A stretch of DNA of 64,000 bases from Phycisphaerales bacterium (GTDB lineage Bacteria > Planctomycetota > Phycisphaerae > Phycisphaerales > UBA1924). Shown here in pieces: positions 42,554 to 53,130 of this stretch (its first letter is position 1; each line of letters begins with the position of its first letter). The notes under the pieces were generated by a model. The model was given only the letters and a program-made list of their open reading frames with translations, had not been told where the DNA came from and searched no databases. The stretch spans positions 960,001 through 1,024,000 of the forward strand of contig OZ245777.1 in assembly GCA_965227775.1 (NCBI GenBank), read 5' to 3'. A program made the translations under genes and the position numbers.

Positions 42554-43645
42554 ATGCCACTGACCGACTACAACACTCTTGGCCGCAGCGGCCTTCGCGT
42601 CAGCCCGTTCTGCCTGGGCACCATGACCTTCGGCAAGGAGTGGGGCTGGGGCAGCGACGTCGAGACGTCCAACGAGGTCATCAAGACGTTCCTGGACGCG
42701 GGCGGCAACTTCCTGGACACCGCCAACATGTACACCAAGGGCCACAGCGAGGTGGTCATCGGCGACTACTTCGACAGCGGGCCGGGCAAGGGCAATCGCG
42801 ATCGCGTGGTCATCGCCACGAAGTTCCTGAGCAACATGTACCCGGGCGATCCGAACGGCGGCGGCGCGTCGCGCAAGACCATCTACGAGAGCTGCGAACA
42901 GAGCCTGCGTCGGCTCAAGACCGACTACATCGATCTGTACTGGATGCACTTCCACGACAAGCACACGCCCCTCGACGAGACGATGCGCGCGCTCGATGAT
43001 CTGGTACGCTCGGGCAAGGTCCGCTATATCGGGTTCAGCGATACGCCCGCGTGGCGCGTCGTGCAGGCGCAGTACGAGGCGATCTTCCGAGGCTGGAATC
43101 CGCTGATCGCGCTGCAGATCGAGTACTCGCTACTCGAACGCACGGTCGAGCACGATCTCATGCCGATGGCGCGCGAGATGGGCCTGGGCGTCACGCCGTG
43201 GAGCCCGATCAAGGGCGGCATCCTCAGCGGCAAGTACACGCGGGAGAACACGCCCAAGGAGGGCGAGGGCCGCTACAAGGAAGACAGCCGCTACCTGACC
43301 GAGAAGACCTTCAAGATCGTCGACGCGCTCGTGGAGATCGGCAAAGCGCACAACGCGAGCGCTGCGCAGGTCGCGTTCAAGTGGGTGCAGGATCGTCCGG
43401 GCGTGGCGTCCACCATCATCGGCGCACGCAAGATCGATCAGCTCAAGGACAACCTCAAGGCCCTCGACCTCGAGCTGACGGAGGACGAGACCAAGACCCT
43501 CGATAAGCTGAGCGCGCCGGATCCGATCTTCCCGCACTCGTTCCTGGCCAACATCGACAACGCCATCCAGGGCGGCACGACCGTCAACGGCGTCACCAGC
43601 GAGGTGGCCCCGTTCGCGCCGCAGAACGACGATGAACGCTGGTAG
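42554..43645 (+). CDS. Aldo/keto reductase
   Basis: LGRSGLRVSPFCLGTMTFG, DTANMY, SLRRLKTDYIDLY, GKVRYIG. Confidence 0.95.
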   Translation: MPLTDYNTLGRSGLRVSPFCLGTMTFGKEWGWGSDVETSNEVIKTFLDAGGNFLDTANMYTKGHSEVVIGDYFDSGPGKGNRDRVVIATKFLSNMYPGDPNGGGASRKTIYESCEQSLRRLKTDYIDLYWMHFHDKHTPLDETMRALDDLVRSGKVRYIGFSDTPAWRVVQAQYEAIFRGWNPLIALQIEYSLLERTVEHDLMPMAREMGLGVTPWSPIKGGILSGKYTRENTPKEGEGRYKEDSRYLTEKTFKIVDALVEIGKAHNASAAQVAFKWVQDRPGVASTIIGARKIDQLKDNLKALDLELTEDETKTLDKLSAPDPIFPHSFLANIDNAIQGGTTVNGVTSEVAPFAPQNDDERW

Positions 43646-44213
43646 ACCGCAGCCCGACCTGCGTACACGTCGGTTGCGTGTGCGTTTCCCACACGAAAAC
43701 GATGCAGGCGCGATCGCGCGGTACTACGTCGAGAACCGGAGCCATCTCGAGCGATTCGGGCCCTCGAGACCGGACTCGTTCTACACCGAAGCATTCTGGC
43801 GCACGCGCATTGCGGAGATGCAAGACGAGTTCCGTGCTGATGTCGCCGTGGCATTCTTCGTGTTGTTGCCGGAGATCGACACGGAAGTCATTGGTCAGGT
43901 CAACCTCTTCAACATTGCGCGCAAGGTCTTCCAGTGCGCCACCATGGGCTACTCGGTTGCCGAAGCGTACCAGGGGCGGGGCTACACCACCGAGGCGTGC
44001 CAAGCGGTGGTCGAGTACGCGTTCGGGGACTTGAACCTGCATCGCGTCCAGGCGGGGCACCTGCCAGAGAACCTCGCCAGCGCGGCCGTGCTGCGTAAGC
44101 TCGGGTTTGCCGCAGAGGGCTATGCGCGCGACTACCTGTACTTCCACGGCAAGTGGCGCGACCACGTGCTGCTGGCGAAGACGAATCCCGAGTGGGAGGA
44201 GCGTGGTCGTTAG
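43632..44213 (+). CDS. RimJ-like GNAT N-acetyltransferase
   Basis: [44 protein letters not shown]. Confidence 0.88.
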   Translation: MNAGRPQPDLRTRRLRVRFPHENDAGAIARYYVENRSHLERFGPSRPDSFYTEAFWRTRIAEMQDEFRADVAVAFFVLLPEIDTEVIGQVNLFNIARKVFQCATMGYSVAEAYQGRGYTTEACQAVVEYAFGDLNLHRVQAGHLPENLASAAVLRKLGFAAEGYARDYLYFHGKWRDHVLLAKTNPEWEERGR

Positions 44214-45547
44214 CCGAACTCGTGGGCGTAGATCGCGCGCGTGCCGCGGTGGGTAGGGTCGATGTTCCCCGCGTTGAAGACCGTGTGCCCGCCCACGAGC
44301 GTGCGGATGACCTGGCCCTTCAGCGTCTCGCCGTGCCACGGGCTCCAGCGGCACTTGGTGAGCTGCTCGTCGTCGCGAACGACGTGCGTCTTGTTGATGT
44401 CGACTAGCGCCAGGTCGGCGTCGTAGCCGGGGACGATCGATCCCTTGTTCACGATGCGCCACGTCTCGGCGGGCTTCTCGCACATCCACGTGACGATCTG
44501 CTCGAGCGTGCACTTGCCTTGATGCATGGCGGTCAGCATGACGGCGAGCGAGTTCTCGACGGCCGGCATCCCGCTGGGGCTCTTGGGGTATGGCTGATTC
44601 TTCTCTTCGAGCGCGTGGGGCGCGTGGTCGGTCACGACCATCTCGAGCACACCGTCGCGCAGGCCCTGCCAGACGCCCTCAACGTCGGACTTGGTCTTGA
44701 TCGCCGGGTTCATCTGGATGCGTGTGCCCAGGCGGTCGTAGTCGTCGATGCTGAACCAGAGGTGGTGCGGGCAGGCTTCGCCCGACACGACGCCGGGGTG
44801 GGTCTTGCGGGCCTCGGCGATCAGCGGGATCTCATCGGCGGTCGACACGTGCAGCACGTGGAAGCGGTGCTTATGCCGCGTCGCAAGGTCAATGGCGCGG
44901 GCCGTGCAGATCTTGGCCGCGGCATGGTCGCGGATCTTGCTGTGGTCGTGCACGGTCTTGCCGCCTTCGAGCTTCGCGGCGTTGGCGATCACCGTGTCCT
45001 CGTCCTCGCAGTGCGCGCAGATTGGTAGCGTTGTTTCCGCAAAGATGCGCTCCAGGTCGTCCTGCTGGTCGACGAGCAGATCGCCCGTGCTCGAGCCGAT
45101 GAAGATCTTGATGCCCGGCGTGCGGGTCGCGTTCTTGAGCTCCTCGAGGTTCTTGGGCGTCGCGGCGATGTAGAAACCAAAGTTCACGATGCAGCGGTCG
45201 GCGGCGAGCGACAGCTTGTGATCGATCGCCTGCTGGCTCGTCGCGTTGGGCACCGTGTTGGGCATCTCGATGAAGGTCGTCACCCCGCCCTTGGCGCACG
45301 CGAGCGTGGCCGTGTGCAGGTCTTCCTTGTGCGTCAGGCCCGGTTCGCGGAAGTGCACGTGGGAGTCGATGACGCCGGGGATCAGGTGCAGGCCTGACGC
45401 GTCGATGATCTCGTCGGCGCGGGCGCTGGGGGCTGGGTCGACGTCGAGGATGCGCCCACCGCCCAAGAGAACCGATGCCGGGCGCGTGCCGCCTGGCAGG
45501 ACGCAGGTGGCGTTGTCGATGCGGACTCGGGTGGCGGCTTGGGGCAT
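44210..45547 (-). CDS. pyrC: Dihydroorotase
   Basis: [38 protein letters not shown]. Confidence 0.88.
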   Translation of the reverse strand: MPQAATRVRIDNATCVLPGGTRPASVLLGGGRILDVDPAPSARADEIIDASGLHLIPGVIDSHVHFREPGLTHKEDLHTATLACAKGGVTTFIEMPNTVPNATSQQAIDHKLSLAADRCIVNFGFYIAATPKNLEELKNATRTPGIKIFIGSSTGDLLVDQQDDLERIFAETTLPICAHCEDEDTVIANAAKLEGGKTVHDHSKIRDHAAAKICTARAIDLATRHKHRFHVLHVSTADEIPLIAEARKTHPGVVSGEACPHHLWFSIDDYDRLGTRIQMNPAIKTKSDVEGVWQGLRDGVLEMVVTDHAPHALEEKNQPYPKSPSGMPAVENSLAVMLTAMHQGKCTLEQIVTWMCEKPAETWRIVNKGSIVPGYDADLALVDINKTHVVRDDEQLTKCRWSPWHGETLKGQVIRTLVGGHTVFNAGNIDPTHRGTRAIYAHEFG

Positions 45548-45604
45548 GGTCGTTCCTTGGTCGGTGCGTGAAATCGACCTAGGCTAGCAGCGAGGAACGC
45601 ACCC

Positions 45605-46453
45605 ATGGCACCTACCACGCGGCGGCGCAGCGCCCAGCCGCCCATCACCGACACGCAGATCGAGCTGGCCGCCCAGGCCGCCCGCTGCGTTGTGCAGACG
45701 CACGAGGCCATCGTCGGCTTTCTCCGGCACGGCCAGACGCTCGCCGAGATCGACCGATTCGTGGGCGAAACGCTGGCTGACCTTGGCTGCAAGAGTTGCT
45801 TCAAGGGCTACCGCGCGGGCCGCCACCCGCCCTTTCCAGCTCACGCGTGCCTGAGCGTGAACGAGACGGTCGTCCATGGCCATCCCGGCAGCCATCAAGC
45901 GCCGCTGACAGAAGGCGACGTGCTCAAGGTCGACATCGGCGTGAGCAAGCAGGGCTGGATCGGCGACGCTGCGTACACGTACAGCTTCGGCGAGCCCGAC
46001 GCGACGACGCGCAAGCTCATGGACTGCGGCAAGGAGGCCCTTCGGCTGGGCATCGAGGCGATGCAGCCCGGCGCGGAACTCATCGAGTGGGCGAGGACCA
46101 TCCAGCACTATGTCGAGAAGGTTTGTAGCTTCCACATGGTGCGCGGGTTGGGCGGCCATGGTTATGGCCGCACGCTGCACGCCCCGCCGTTCATCTCGAA
46201 TACGGTGCCGGCGGTTGCCGCGCTCGAGTGGCGTGAGGCGCACCACAAGTTCACACCCGGCATGCTGCTGGCGGTCGAGCCCATGATCGCGGTGGGGACC
46301 GGAAGGATCACGCAGCACGGCAACGCGTGGCCGCTGGACATCGCCGACGGCAGCCAGAGCGTGCATTACGAAGCCGATGTCCTGATCACCGAGGATGGCC
46401 CGAGGAACCTGACCGCTGGGCTGGAGAAGCTGCCCGACGTGATTTCCAAGTAG
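45605..46453 (+). CDS. map: Methionine aminopeptidase type I
   Basis: CLSVNETVVHG, DIGV..GWIGD, GHGYGRTLH, AVEPM, HYE. Confidence 0.92.
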   Translation: MAPTTRRRSAQPPITDTQIELAAQAARCVVQTHEAIVGFLRHGQTLAEIDRFVGETLADLGCKSCFKGYRAGRHPPFPAHACLSVNETVVHGHPGSHQAPLTEGDVLKVDIGVSKQGWIGDAAYTYSFGEPDATTRKLMDCGKEALRLGIEAMQPGAELIEWARTIQHYVEKVCSFHMVRGLGGHGYGRTLHAPPFISNTVPAVAALEWREAHHKFTPGMLLAVEPMIAVGTGRITQHGNAWPLDIADGSQSVHYEADVLITEDGPRNLTAGLEKLPDVISK

Positions 46454-46520
46454 TGGGTGCGACGCCCAGAGAGCGATCGCGGTAGACGCGGATAGAGAGA
46501 GCTGAGCGAAGGAGGAGGCG

Positions 46521-47192
46521 ATGCCGAAGGTCGGAGTGATCCTGAGCGGGTGCGGCGTGTTCGATGGTTCGGAGATCCACGAGGCGGTCGCGGTCTTGCA
46601 CGCGATCGACCGCCACGGGGCCCAGGCGGTCTGCCTCGCGCCGGAGATGGAACTCGATGAGATCAACCACCTCAGCCAGCAGCCCACCGGCAAGAAGCGC
46701 AGCGTGCTGATGGAGTCCGCCCGCATCGCCCGCGGTGAGATCACGCCGCTGGCTGAGGTCAAGGGTGGCGACTTCGACGCCATCGTGCTGCCCGGGGGCT
46801 TTGGCGCCGCCAAGAACTTGTGCGACTTTGCGAGCAAGGGCCCCGACTGCACGGCCCACCCCGAGGTCACGCGCGTGCTCACCGAGGCCCAGCAGGCCGG
46901 CCGTCCGATCGGCTTCGCGTGCATCTCGCCCGCCGTGGCCGCCCGTGTGTTCGGCAAGGACCTAGGCCCGAACCTGACCATCGGCGACGACAAGGGCACG
47001 GCTGGCGGGCTTGAGGCCATGGGCGCCACGCACCAGGATTGCGAGGTCACCGGCATCGTCGTCGACAACCGCCACCGCATCGTGTCGACCCCCGCATACA
47101 TGCGCCCGGAGCGCATCACCGACGTCTTCACCGGCATCGGCGCGATGGTGGACAAGGTGATGGAGATGGTCGAGCAACCGGCGGCGGTGTAA
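46521..47192 (+). CDS. elbB: Glyoxalase ElbB (ES1/DJ-1 family)
   Basis: LSGCGVFDGSEIHE, ESARIARG, PGGFGAAKNL, STPAYM. Confidence 0.93.
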   Translation: MPKVGVILSGCGVFDGSEIHEAVAVLHAIDRHGAQAVCLAPEMELDEINHLSQQPTGKKRSVLMESARIARGEITPLAEVKGGDFDAIVLPGGFGAAKNLCDFASKGPDCTAHPEVTRVLTEAQQAGRPIGFACISPAVAARVFGKDLGPNLTIGDDKGTAGGLEAMGATHQDCEVTGIVVDNRHRIVSTPAYMRPERITDVFTGIGAMVDKVMEMVEQPAAV

Positions 47193-47199
47193 GCACCCG

Positions 47200-48216
47200 A
47201 TGTTGCTATTCGGGGCGATCCAGATCCTGTTCTTGCTTGTGCTCCTGGCCCTGCCCGTGGTTGGGATCTGGGCGTTGCTCTCGTGCGCGGGCATCGGGTT
47301 TGATCAAGTCCGCCGCGCTGCGCGACGGGTGAGGAAGGACGCCAGCCCGGCCGTCTGCGGTGTGTGCGGGCATGCCGTCGGCGAGCGCATCACCGGCGAT
47401 AGGTGCGCCGAGTGTGGCACTCCGTACTTGCGCGGCGGCATCGTCACCACGGCAACCACCGTTCGCCTCGGTGCGCCAGTCTCGCTTGCAGTGGTCATGA
47501 TCATGGCGATGTGCTTGGCCGTGGGTGGCATCACGGTGTCGATCGGTACCGCTATCGGCAACCAGATCTCCGTGGGTAGCACGACGATCTACGAGTACAC
47601 GAGCAATCAGACGTACGGCCCGTGGTCAGCTAGTGCGAACGCACCCAATTACCACTTCTACGTCAACGCTAACCTGCGAGGTCCCGATCGATTCACGTCG
47701 GGTCCCCCAGTGGAGCCATACGTCGAGCCGCGCGCGGGCACGTTGCAACTCGGGTTGCGAGGACCGGATGCAAACCCGATCTCGTTGACCTACGACGTGG
47801 GAACTGACTCGTGGTCCATCCCGGCTCGTGGCGGCACGCCGGGGGCATCGGGAACGGACGCCGAGAGCGCCGTTTGTGAGTTGTATATTCGCGCCGGGCT
47901 CGAGTCCTATTGGATTCACTCGCAGGCAGAACTGGATGATGCGATCCTGATCGCCAACACCTTGGCGGGCGAGGGCCCAACGGCCCAGGGCGTTCAGTCG
48001 ATCGGCATGATGCTCTCGAACAGCGGAGCCGGGCTTACGTCGCAAGGCGGGGGGGTGGGAACGCAGCCCATGGGACTAGGGACCATGGGCGACCCGAAGG
48101 TCATGATCGCGGTGATCATCGCATTGGTTCCGCCCGTTGCCTTGTTCGTCGCCGCCTTGTGGCTGCTCATACGCATCCGCCGACGAGCTCTGGCGCTCAC
48201 TCGGCCAGCCCAATGA
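47200..48216 (+). CDS. Hypothetical membrane protein with CxxC..CxEC zinc ribbon
   Basis: TM-CGVCG..CAECG-TM-extracytoplasmic domain-TM architecture. Confidence 0.65.
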   Translation: MLLFGAIQILFLLVLLALPVVGIWALLSCAGIGFDQVRRAARRVRKDASPAVCGVCGHAVGERITGDRCAECGTPYLRGGIVTTATTVRLGAPVSLAVVMIMAMCLAVGGITVSIGTAIGNQISVGSTTIYEYTSNQTYGPWSASANAPNYHFYVNANLRGPDRFTSGPPVEPYVEPRAGTLQLGLRGPDANPISLTYDVGTDSWSIPARGGTPGASGTDAESAVCELYIRAGLESYWIHSQAELDDAILIANTLAGEGPTAQGVQSIGMMLSNSGAGLTSQGGGVGTQPMGLGTMGDPKVMIAVIIALVPPVALFVAALWLLIRIRRRALALTRPAQ

Positions 48217-48242
48217 AAAACGCCCGCTCTCCAGCGGGCGCT
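48215..48242 (-). terminator. Intrinsic terminator downstream of tRNA-Ser (convergent with 47200-48216)
   Basis: Minus strand CGCCCGCTGGAGAGCGGGCG then TTTTTC. Confidence 0.7.
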
Positions 48243-48250
48243 TCATGAAG

Positions 48251-48340
48251 CGGAGCGGGAGGGATTCGAACCCTCGGTACCGGTAAAACCAGTACACCGG
48301 ATTAGCAATCCGGCCCCTTCAGCCTCTCGGGCACCACTCC
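48251..48340 (-). tRNA. tRNA-Ser (anticodon GCT), CCA not encoded
   Basis: Minus strand GGAGTGGTGCCCGAGAGGCTGAAGGGGCCGGA-TTGCTAA-TCCGG, long variable arm, GGTTCGAATCCC T-arm, ends CGCTCCG. Confidence 0.95.
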
Positions 48341-48379
48341 AAACGGCCGGGGCATGCGTCCCGGCGGGCCCGCATGGTA

Positions 48380-48994
48380 TCAACCAGCAGGGGCCGCGTC
48401 ATGCTTCCCATTCGGATCACCCCGGGCCCCATCTTGAGGCAACCCAGCCGCGGTGAGCAGCCGGCGGTAGAGCGCCAGCGTGTCCTCATCGAAGGCGCAC
48501 AGGGTGATCGACTCGAGCCTCGGCAGCGGATCGGGATCATCCTCGGTGGGCCTGATCGCTGCCGCAAGCGTGCGAACGGCGATGATCGCCGCATACTCGG
48601 CGGGGAAGCCGTAGGTGCCCGTCGAGATGGCGGGGAAGGCGATCGACCCGATCTTGCCCTTCCGGCATAGCTCCAAGCACGACCGATAGCACTGCGTGAG
48701 CGTGTCGTCTTCGCCGCTGCGGCCATTCACCCACACCGGGCCCACGGTGTGGATGACGCAGCGGGCGGGCAGCTCGAACGCCCGTGTCACGACCGCCGAG
48801 CCCGGCTCGCAGCGCACGCCCGGGCGCACCTCGGGAAGGTCGAGGCACGCGTCTTCCAACCTCGGGCCGGCCGCCTTGTGGATCGCCCCGCACACGCCGC
48901 CGCCCGGGGCCAGCATCTCATTGGCCGCGTTGACGATCGCGTCGACGCGGAGCGTCGTGATGTCGTCCCGGATGGCCTCGATCACCGGCGGCAT
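48380..48994 (-). CDS. Macro domain protein (O-acetyl-ADP-ribose deacetylase, YmdB-like)
   Basis: DITT..DAIVNAAN..GGGVCGAIHKAAG, IHTVGP, AFPAISTGTYGFP. Confidence 0.92.
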   Translation of the reverse strand: MPPVIEAIRDDITTLRVDAIVNAANEMLAPGGGVCGAIHKAAGPRLEDACLDLPEVRPGVRCEPGSAVVTRAFELPARCVIHTVGPVWVNGRSGEDDTLTQCYRSCLELCRKGKIGSIAFPAISTGTYGFPAEYAAIIAVRTLAAAIRPTEDDPDPLPRLESITLCAFDEDTLALYRRLLTAAGLPQDGARGDPNGKHDAAPAG

Positions 48995-49036
48995 GGGCGG
49001 CTCCTCCCCGTTCGTAAGAAACGGAGACGAGAGAGC

Positions 49037-49726
49037 CTAGCGCTTGAAGAGCACCGCGTTGCCCGTGTCCAGCACCGCCAGCGGCAGCCCGTGTTGCGCC
49101 GCGAACGCGTCTACGGCGAGCTTGCAGCCGGGAAAATCCCCGTTCGGCCAGGGCCCATAGTCGTCGATCACGAGCACCCCGCCCGCCGACAACCGGGGGT
49201 AGAAGTACGCCAGCGAGTCCATGGTGGGGTCGTGCAGATCGACGTCGACGTGCACAAAGCGGTACTGCTGTTCGGGCAGTTCATCGAATGCCTCGGGAAT
49301 CCACCCCTTGACGAGCGTCGCGCCGGGAAAGTCGGCAAGCGTGCGCCGTGCGAGCTCGAGCGAGGTGTCCGCGAACCTGCCGGCGTACTCGGGCCGTTCG
49401 TCGGCCTGCGTGGGCTCACTCAGTCCTTCAAACGAGTCGATTGCGAAGTGGCCCGCGCCGTCGAAGCCGGTATCCTCGGCCCGCATCATCTCGCACAGCA
49501 CGTACGACGCGAGCCCGCGATACACGCCGGCTTCGACCGTGGCGCCAGGTGCGCCACGCGTGAGCGCGAACATCTGGGCGAGGTGGTAGAAGCGCGGGCG
49601 CCGCCACGCATTGTCGCGCATGCCCGTGAGCGCCAGGCCGCGCTCGTACCGCCGCGTGAACGCCTCGTCGGCGTCCACGATGCGGGGCTGGACCAACTCG
49701 TCGAGGCTCATCGCTTGGGCGGTCAT
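49037..49726 (-). CDS. TylF/MycF-family O-methyltransferase
   Basis: VEAGVYRG, DSFEGL, VKGW, HVDVDL, GGVLVIDDY. Confidence 0.85.
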   Translation of the reverse strand: MTAQAMSLDELVQPRIVDADEAFTRRYERGLALTGMRDNAWRRPRFYHLAQMFALTRGAPGATVEAGVYRGLASYVLCEMMRAEDTGFDGAGHFAIDSFEGLSEPTQADERPEYAGRFADTSLELARRTLADFPGATLVKGWIPEAFDELPEQQYRFVHVDVDLHDPTMDSLAYFYPRLSAGGVLVIDDYGPWPNGDFPGCKLAVDAFAAQHGLPLAVLDTGNAVLFKR

Positions 49727-49795
49727 GCAAGAAGCATCGACGGCGGCGCGGGCGCGCCTTGAGCCAAACCGCTCCTGCCCAGATTTAGCCCGGGG

Positions 49796-51829
49796 TCAGC
49801 CCTCGTCGCCATCGTTCTCGGCTGGCTCTTCTTCCGCCTCGCCGTCGGCCATCCAGCGGTTGTTGTCCGTGTCGACGTCCGGCAGCAGGCTTTGCGGGTC
49901 GACGATGGCCCGGCGGAGTGCCCTCCCGTCGAGCACCACCTCGAAGGTGCGTTCCCGCGTCGTCGCCCATGCCTCGACCGGGTAGAAGCGGCGGTCGTAC
50001 GAGCCGTCATCGAACTGCACGATGACCTCGGCGGGCATCACCATTTCGCCCAGAGAACGCACGGTGATGGAGGCGGTGGGCACGTACGGCTCTTCGAGTT
50101 CCTCGCCCTCGCTTTCGGACTCGGTCGCCTCGGGCTCTTCGCTGAAGGCGACCTCGACCGCCTGATCGAGCGTGCCGTCTTCGAGGAACCACTGGCGGAA
50201 GAACCACGCGAGGTCGGCGCCGGCGGCGTCTTCCATCGTGCGGAAGAAGTCGGCCGGCTGCGGGCTCTTGAACGCCCAGCGGCGGACGTACTCGCGGAAG
50301 GCGTAGTCGAAGCGATCGGGCCCGAGCACGACCTCGCGCAGCAGGTGCATGCCCATGGCCGTCTTGCGGTATTGCAGGCGACCCAGCAGCCCAGGCAGGT
50401 TGCGATCGGGGAACACGGCGATCGGCTGGCTTCGGCCGCGCGCGAGCTGCATGGTCTGACGGCGCGCTCGGCCGGGGTCGAGCTCGGTACCGCGGAACTT
50501 GGCAAGCGAGTGCATGTTGATGAAGGTGTTGAAACCCTCGTCCATCCACGCGTGCCGCCGCTCGTCGGTGTTCACGACCATCGGGAACCACGTGTGGCCC
50601 ACCTCGTGGTCGGTCACGCCCAACGGCCCGCGGCCGGTGCGCCCGCCGCAGAAGATGATCATCGGATACTCCATCCCGCCCTCGGGCCCGTTCACGTTGG
50701 TCATGATCGGGTACGGGTACGGATAGAGGAAGTCGCTGTAGAACTCGACGCTGTGGGCGACATACTGCGTGCTGCCGCCGAGCTCGGCCGTTGGCTTCCA
50801 CTCCTCGGCTTCCACCGGGTAGAGCGACTGGCAGAGCACGGTCTGCTCCTTGCCATCCAGGTCTTTGATGACCACGCCGCACGCGTCCCAGATGAATGCG
50901 TCGCTGGCCGCCCAGGCAAAGGTGCGGATACTGTCGCCGCGGAACTTCCACGTCAGCGGTCCCTCGCCACTCGGTCGCGACGATGGGTCGCCGACTTCCT
51001 TAGCGCTGCGGATCATCACCGTCTCGCGACTGTTCTTGGCTTCTTCGAGGCGCTTGCGTTGCGTCGGCGTGAGCACCTGCGAGGGATTCTGCAGCACGCC
51101 CGAGCCGGCGACCAGGTACGTGCGCGGCACCGTGATGCTGACCTGGTAGTTGCCGAAGTTGGTGTAGAACTCGCCGCTGCCGGCGTAGGGCAACGTGTTC
51201 CAGCCGTGCACGTCGTCGTAGTTGCACAAGTGCGGGAACCACTGGGCATACTCGAAGATGCGGCCCTGCTCGACATCCTCGGCGCCCATGCGGCGGAGGT
51301 ACGGCGGCATGTCGAAGGCAAACTCGAGCTCAAACCGGAACCGCTGGCCGGGCTTGATCGGCCGCGGAAGCTCGACGCGCATGAGCGTGTCGTAGATGGT
51401 GAATTCCAGGTCCCTTCCGCCCGAGCGAACGTAGGGGATGTCGTATCCGCCGTTGAATTCGTCATCCATCGCCCGCATCGGGCCGCCGCCCGTGCGGCTG
51501 CGCGTGCCGATGCTGTCCTGCCGGAACAGGTTCTGTTCGAGCTGAACCCACAGGTACGTCAGCGTGTCGGGCGAGTTGTTGTGGTAGGTCGCTTCGAGCG
51601 TGGCGCTCAGCCGCCGGCTCTCGGCGTCGAGCGTCGCGTCAATCTTGTAGTCAACGCGCTGCTGCCAGTACTGCGGCCCCGGTGCGCCAGACCCCAGGCG
51701 GAAGGCGTTGGGCGTGGGTAGGTCGAGCGGCGCGAACGCCTCATAGGGACGCTCCTCACCGGTCTGGGCGACGGCCCGAGCGGTCAGGCAGGCGAGCAGG
51801 GCCATCACGACGGCAAGCATGGATCGCAT
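49796..51829 (-). CDS. Secreted M1-family aminopeptidase
   Basis: Signal peptide; GGMEYP; HEVGH..WMDEG (HExxH-18-E). Confidence 0.92.
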   Translation of the reverse strand: MRSMLAVVMALLACLTARAVAQTGEERPYEAFAPLDLPTPNAFRLGSGAPGPQYWQQRVDYKIDATLDAESRRLSATLEATYHNNSPDTLTYLWVQLEQNLFRQDSIGTRSRTGGGPMRAMDDEFNGGYDIPYVRSGGRDLEFTIYDTLMRVELPRPIKPGQRFRFELEFAFDMPPYLRRMGAEDVEQGRIFEYAQWFPHLCNYDDVHGWNTLPYAGSGEFYTNFGNYQVSITVPRTYLVAGSGVLQNPSQVLTPTQRKRLEEAKNSRETVMIRSAKEVGDPSSRPSGEGPLTWKFRGDSIRTFAWAASDAFIWDACGVVIKDLDGKEQTVLCQSLYPVEAEEWKPTAELGGSTQYVAHSVEFYSDFLYPYPYPIMTNVNGPEGGMEYPMIIFCGGRTGRGPLGVTDHEVGHTWFPMVVNTDERRHAWMDEGFNTFINMHSLAKFRGTELDPGRARRQTMQLARGRSQPIAVFPDRNLPGLLGRLQYRKTAMGMHLLREVVLGPDRFDYAFREYVRRWAFKSPQPADFFRTMEDAAGADLAWFFRQWFLEDGTLDQAVEVAFSEEPEATESESEGEELEEPYVPTASITVRSLGEMVMPAEVIVQFDDGSYDRRFYPVEAWATTRERTFEVVLDGRALRRAIVDPQSLLPDVDTDNNRWMADGEAEEEPAENDGDEG

Positions 51830-51976
51830 GGAGATCTCCCGTGGCGGTCCGAGTGCCGGACGCGGGGCAGTCTACGCGGGCTGGCTGCCGTGTCCGGCGG
51901 CTGCGCCGGTGGGCCGCGTCGTATACCATCCCCTTCGCCCCAGCCCCAGCCAGCCCGACCCGCGAAGGAACCGCCC

Positions 51977-53047
51977 ATGCCCGCCATGATCGATATCGAG
52001 CACCCCGCCCTGCTCAAGGCCCAGCCCTTCCCCGACTTCTCGGATTGGCAGGAGCCAACGCGCGAGGGCGGCCGCGAGATCCCGTTCCGCGAGGCGTTGC
52101 GCGAGGCCATGACCTTCGCCATGCGCGAGGACGAGCGCGTGTTCCTGCTGGGCGAGGAAGTCGCCGAGTACAACGGTGCGTACAAGGTCAGCCAGGGCAT
52201 GCTCGACGAGTTCGGACCCAAGCGCATCATCGACACGCCCATCAGCGAGAACGGTTTCGCGGGCATGGCCATCGCCGCGGCAATGAGCGGGCTCCGGCCG
52301 ATCGTCGAGTTCATGAGCTGGTCGTTCAGCCTCGTCGCGGCGGACCAGATCCTCAACAACGCGCCCAAGATGTTGTACATGAGCGGCGGGCAGTGGGGCT
52401 GCCCGATCGTGTTCCGCGGCAACGACGGCGCGGGCGGCCAGCTCGGCAGCACACACAGCTGGTGCGTCGAGGGCCAGTACAGCAACGTGCCGGGTGTCAA
52501 GATGGTCATCCCCAGCAACGGGCTCGACGCCAAGGGTCTGCTGCGCACCAGCATCGCCGACCCCGACCCGGTCTTCTTCCTCGAGAGCGAGCGCATGCTC
52601 GGCGACACCATGCACGTGCCAGAGGAAGACTACTTCATCCCCTTCGGAAAGGCCCGGCTGGCGCGTGAGGGCGACGCCTGCACCGTCGTCAGCTTTGGTC
52701 GGCCCGTGAACTTCTGCTTGGAAGCCGCCGAAACGCTCGCCGGCGAGGGCATCGAGGTCGACGTGCTCGACATGCGGACCATCCGCCCGCTCGACATCGA
52801 CGCGATCATTAAGAGCGTCAAGAAGACCAACCGCGTGGTCATTGTCGACCAGAGCTGGCCCTTCGCCGGCGTGGCGAGCGAGGTCATCACGCAGATCATC
52901 GAGCACGCCTTCGACTGGCTCGACCACCAGCCCGTCCGTGTGAACACGGCCGATGTGCCCACGCCCTACGCGAAGAACCTCGAGGCCGAGTACCTGCCGA
53001 ATCCGAGCAGGATCGCGGCAGCGGTGAAGGGCGTCGTGAAGGCCTGA
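51977..53047 (+). CDS. pdhB: Pyruvate dehydrogenase E1 beta subunit
   Basis: GEEVAEYNGAYKVSQG, DTPISE, RPIVEFM, CPIVFRG, RTIRPLD. Confidence 0.93.
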   Translation: MPAMIDIEHPALLKAQPFPDFSDWQEPTREGGREIPFREALREAMTFAMREDERVFLLGEEVAEYNGAYKVSQGMLDEFGPKRIIDTPISENGFAGMAIAAAMSGLRPIVEFMSWSFSLVAADQILNNAPKMLYMSGGQWGCPIVFRGNDGAGGQLGSTHSWCVEGQYSNVPGVKMVIPSNGLDAKGLLRTSIADPDPVFFLESERMLGDTMHVPEEDYFIPFGKARLAREGDACTVVSFGRPVNFCLEAAETLAGEGIEVDVLDMRTIRPLDIDAIIKSVKKTNRVVIVDQSWPFAGVASEVITQIIEHAFDWLDHQPVRVNTADVPTPYAKNLEAEYLPNPSRIAAAVKGVVKA

Positions 53048-53130
53048 GCGTTATCACGCATAAGACGTGACGGGCAACCGCGCGGGGCTCATCCCCAACA
53101 AGTGAGAGGTTTGCTCCGAGGAGGCTCGCC

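Noticed and set aside
48251..48340. tRNA-Ser as integration site of an island
   Set aside because: No duplicated tRNA 3' end or integrase was noticed, and it is ~29 kb from the phage-like operon.
48380..49726. Macro domain + methyltransferase as an anti-phage or toxin-antitoxin module
   Set aside because: The macro protein looks like ordinary YmdB, and no ADP-ribosyltransferase or sirtuin partner is adjacent.
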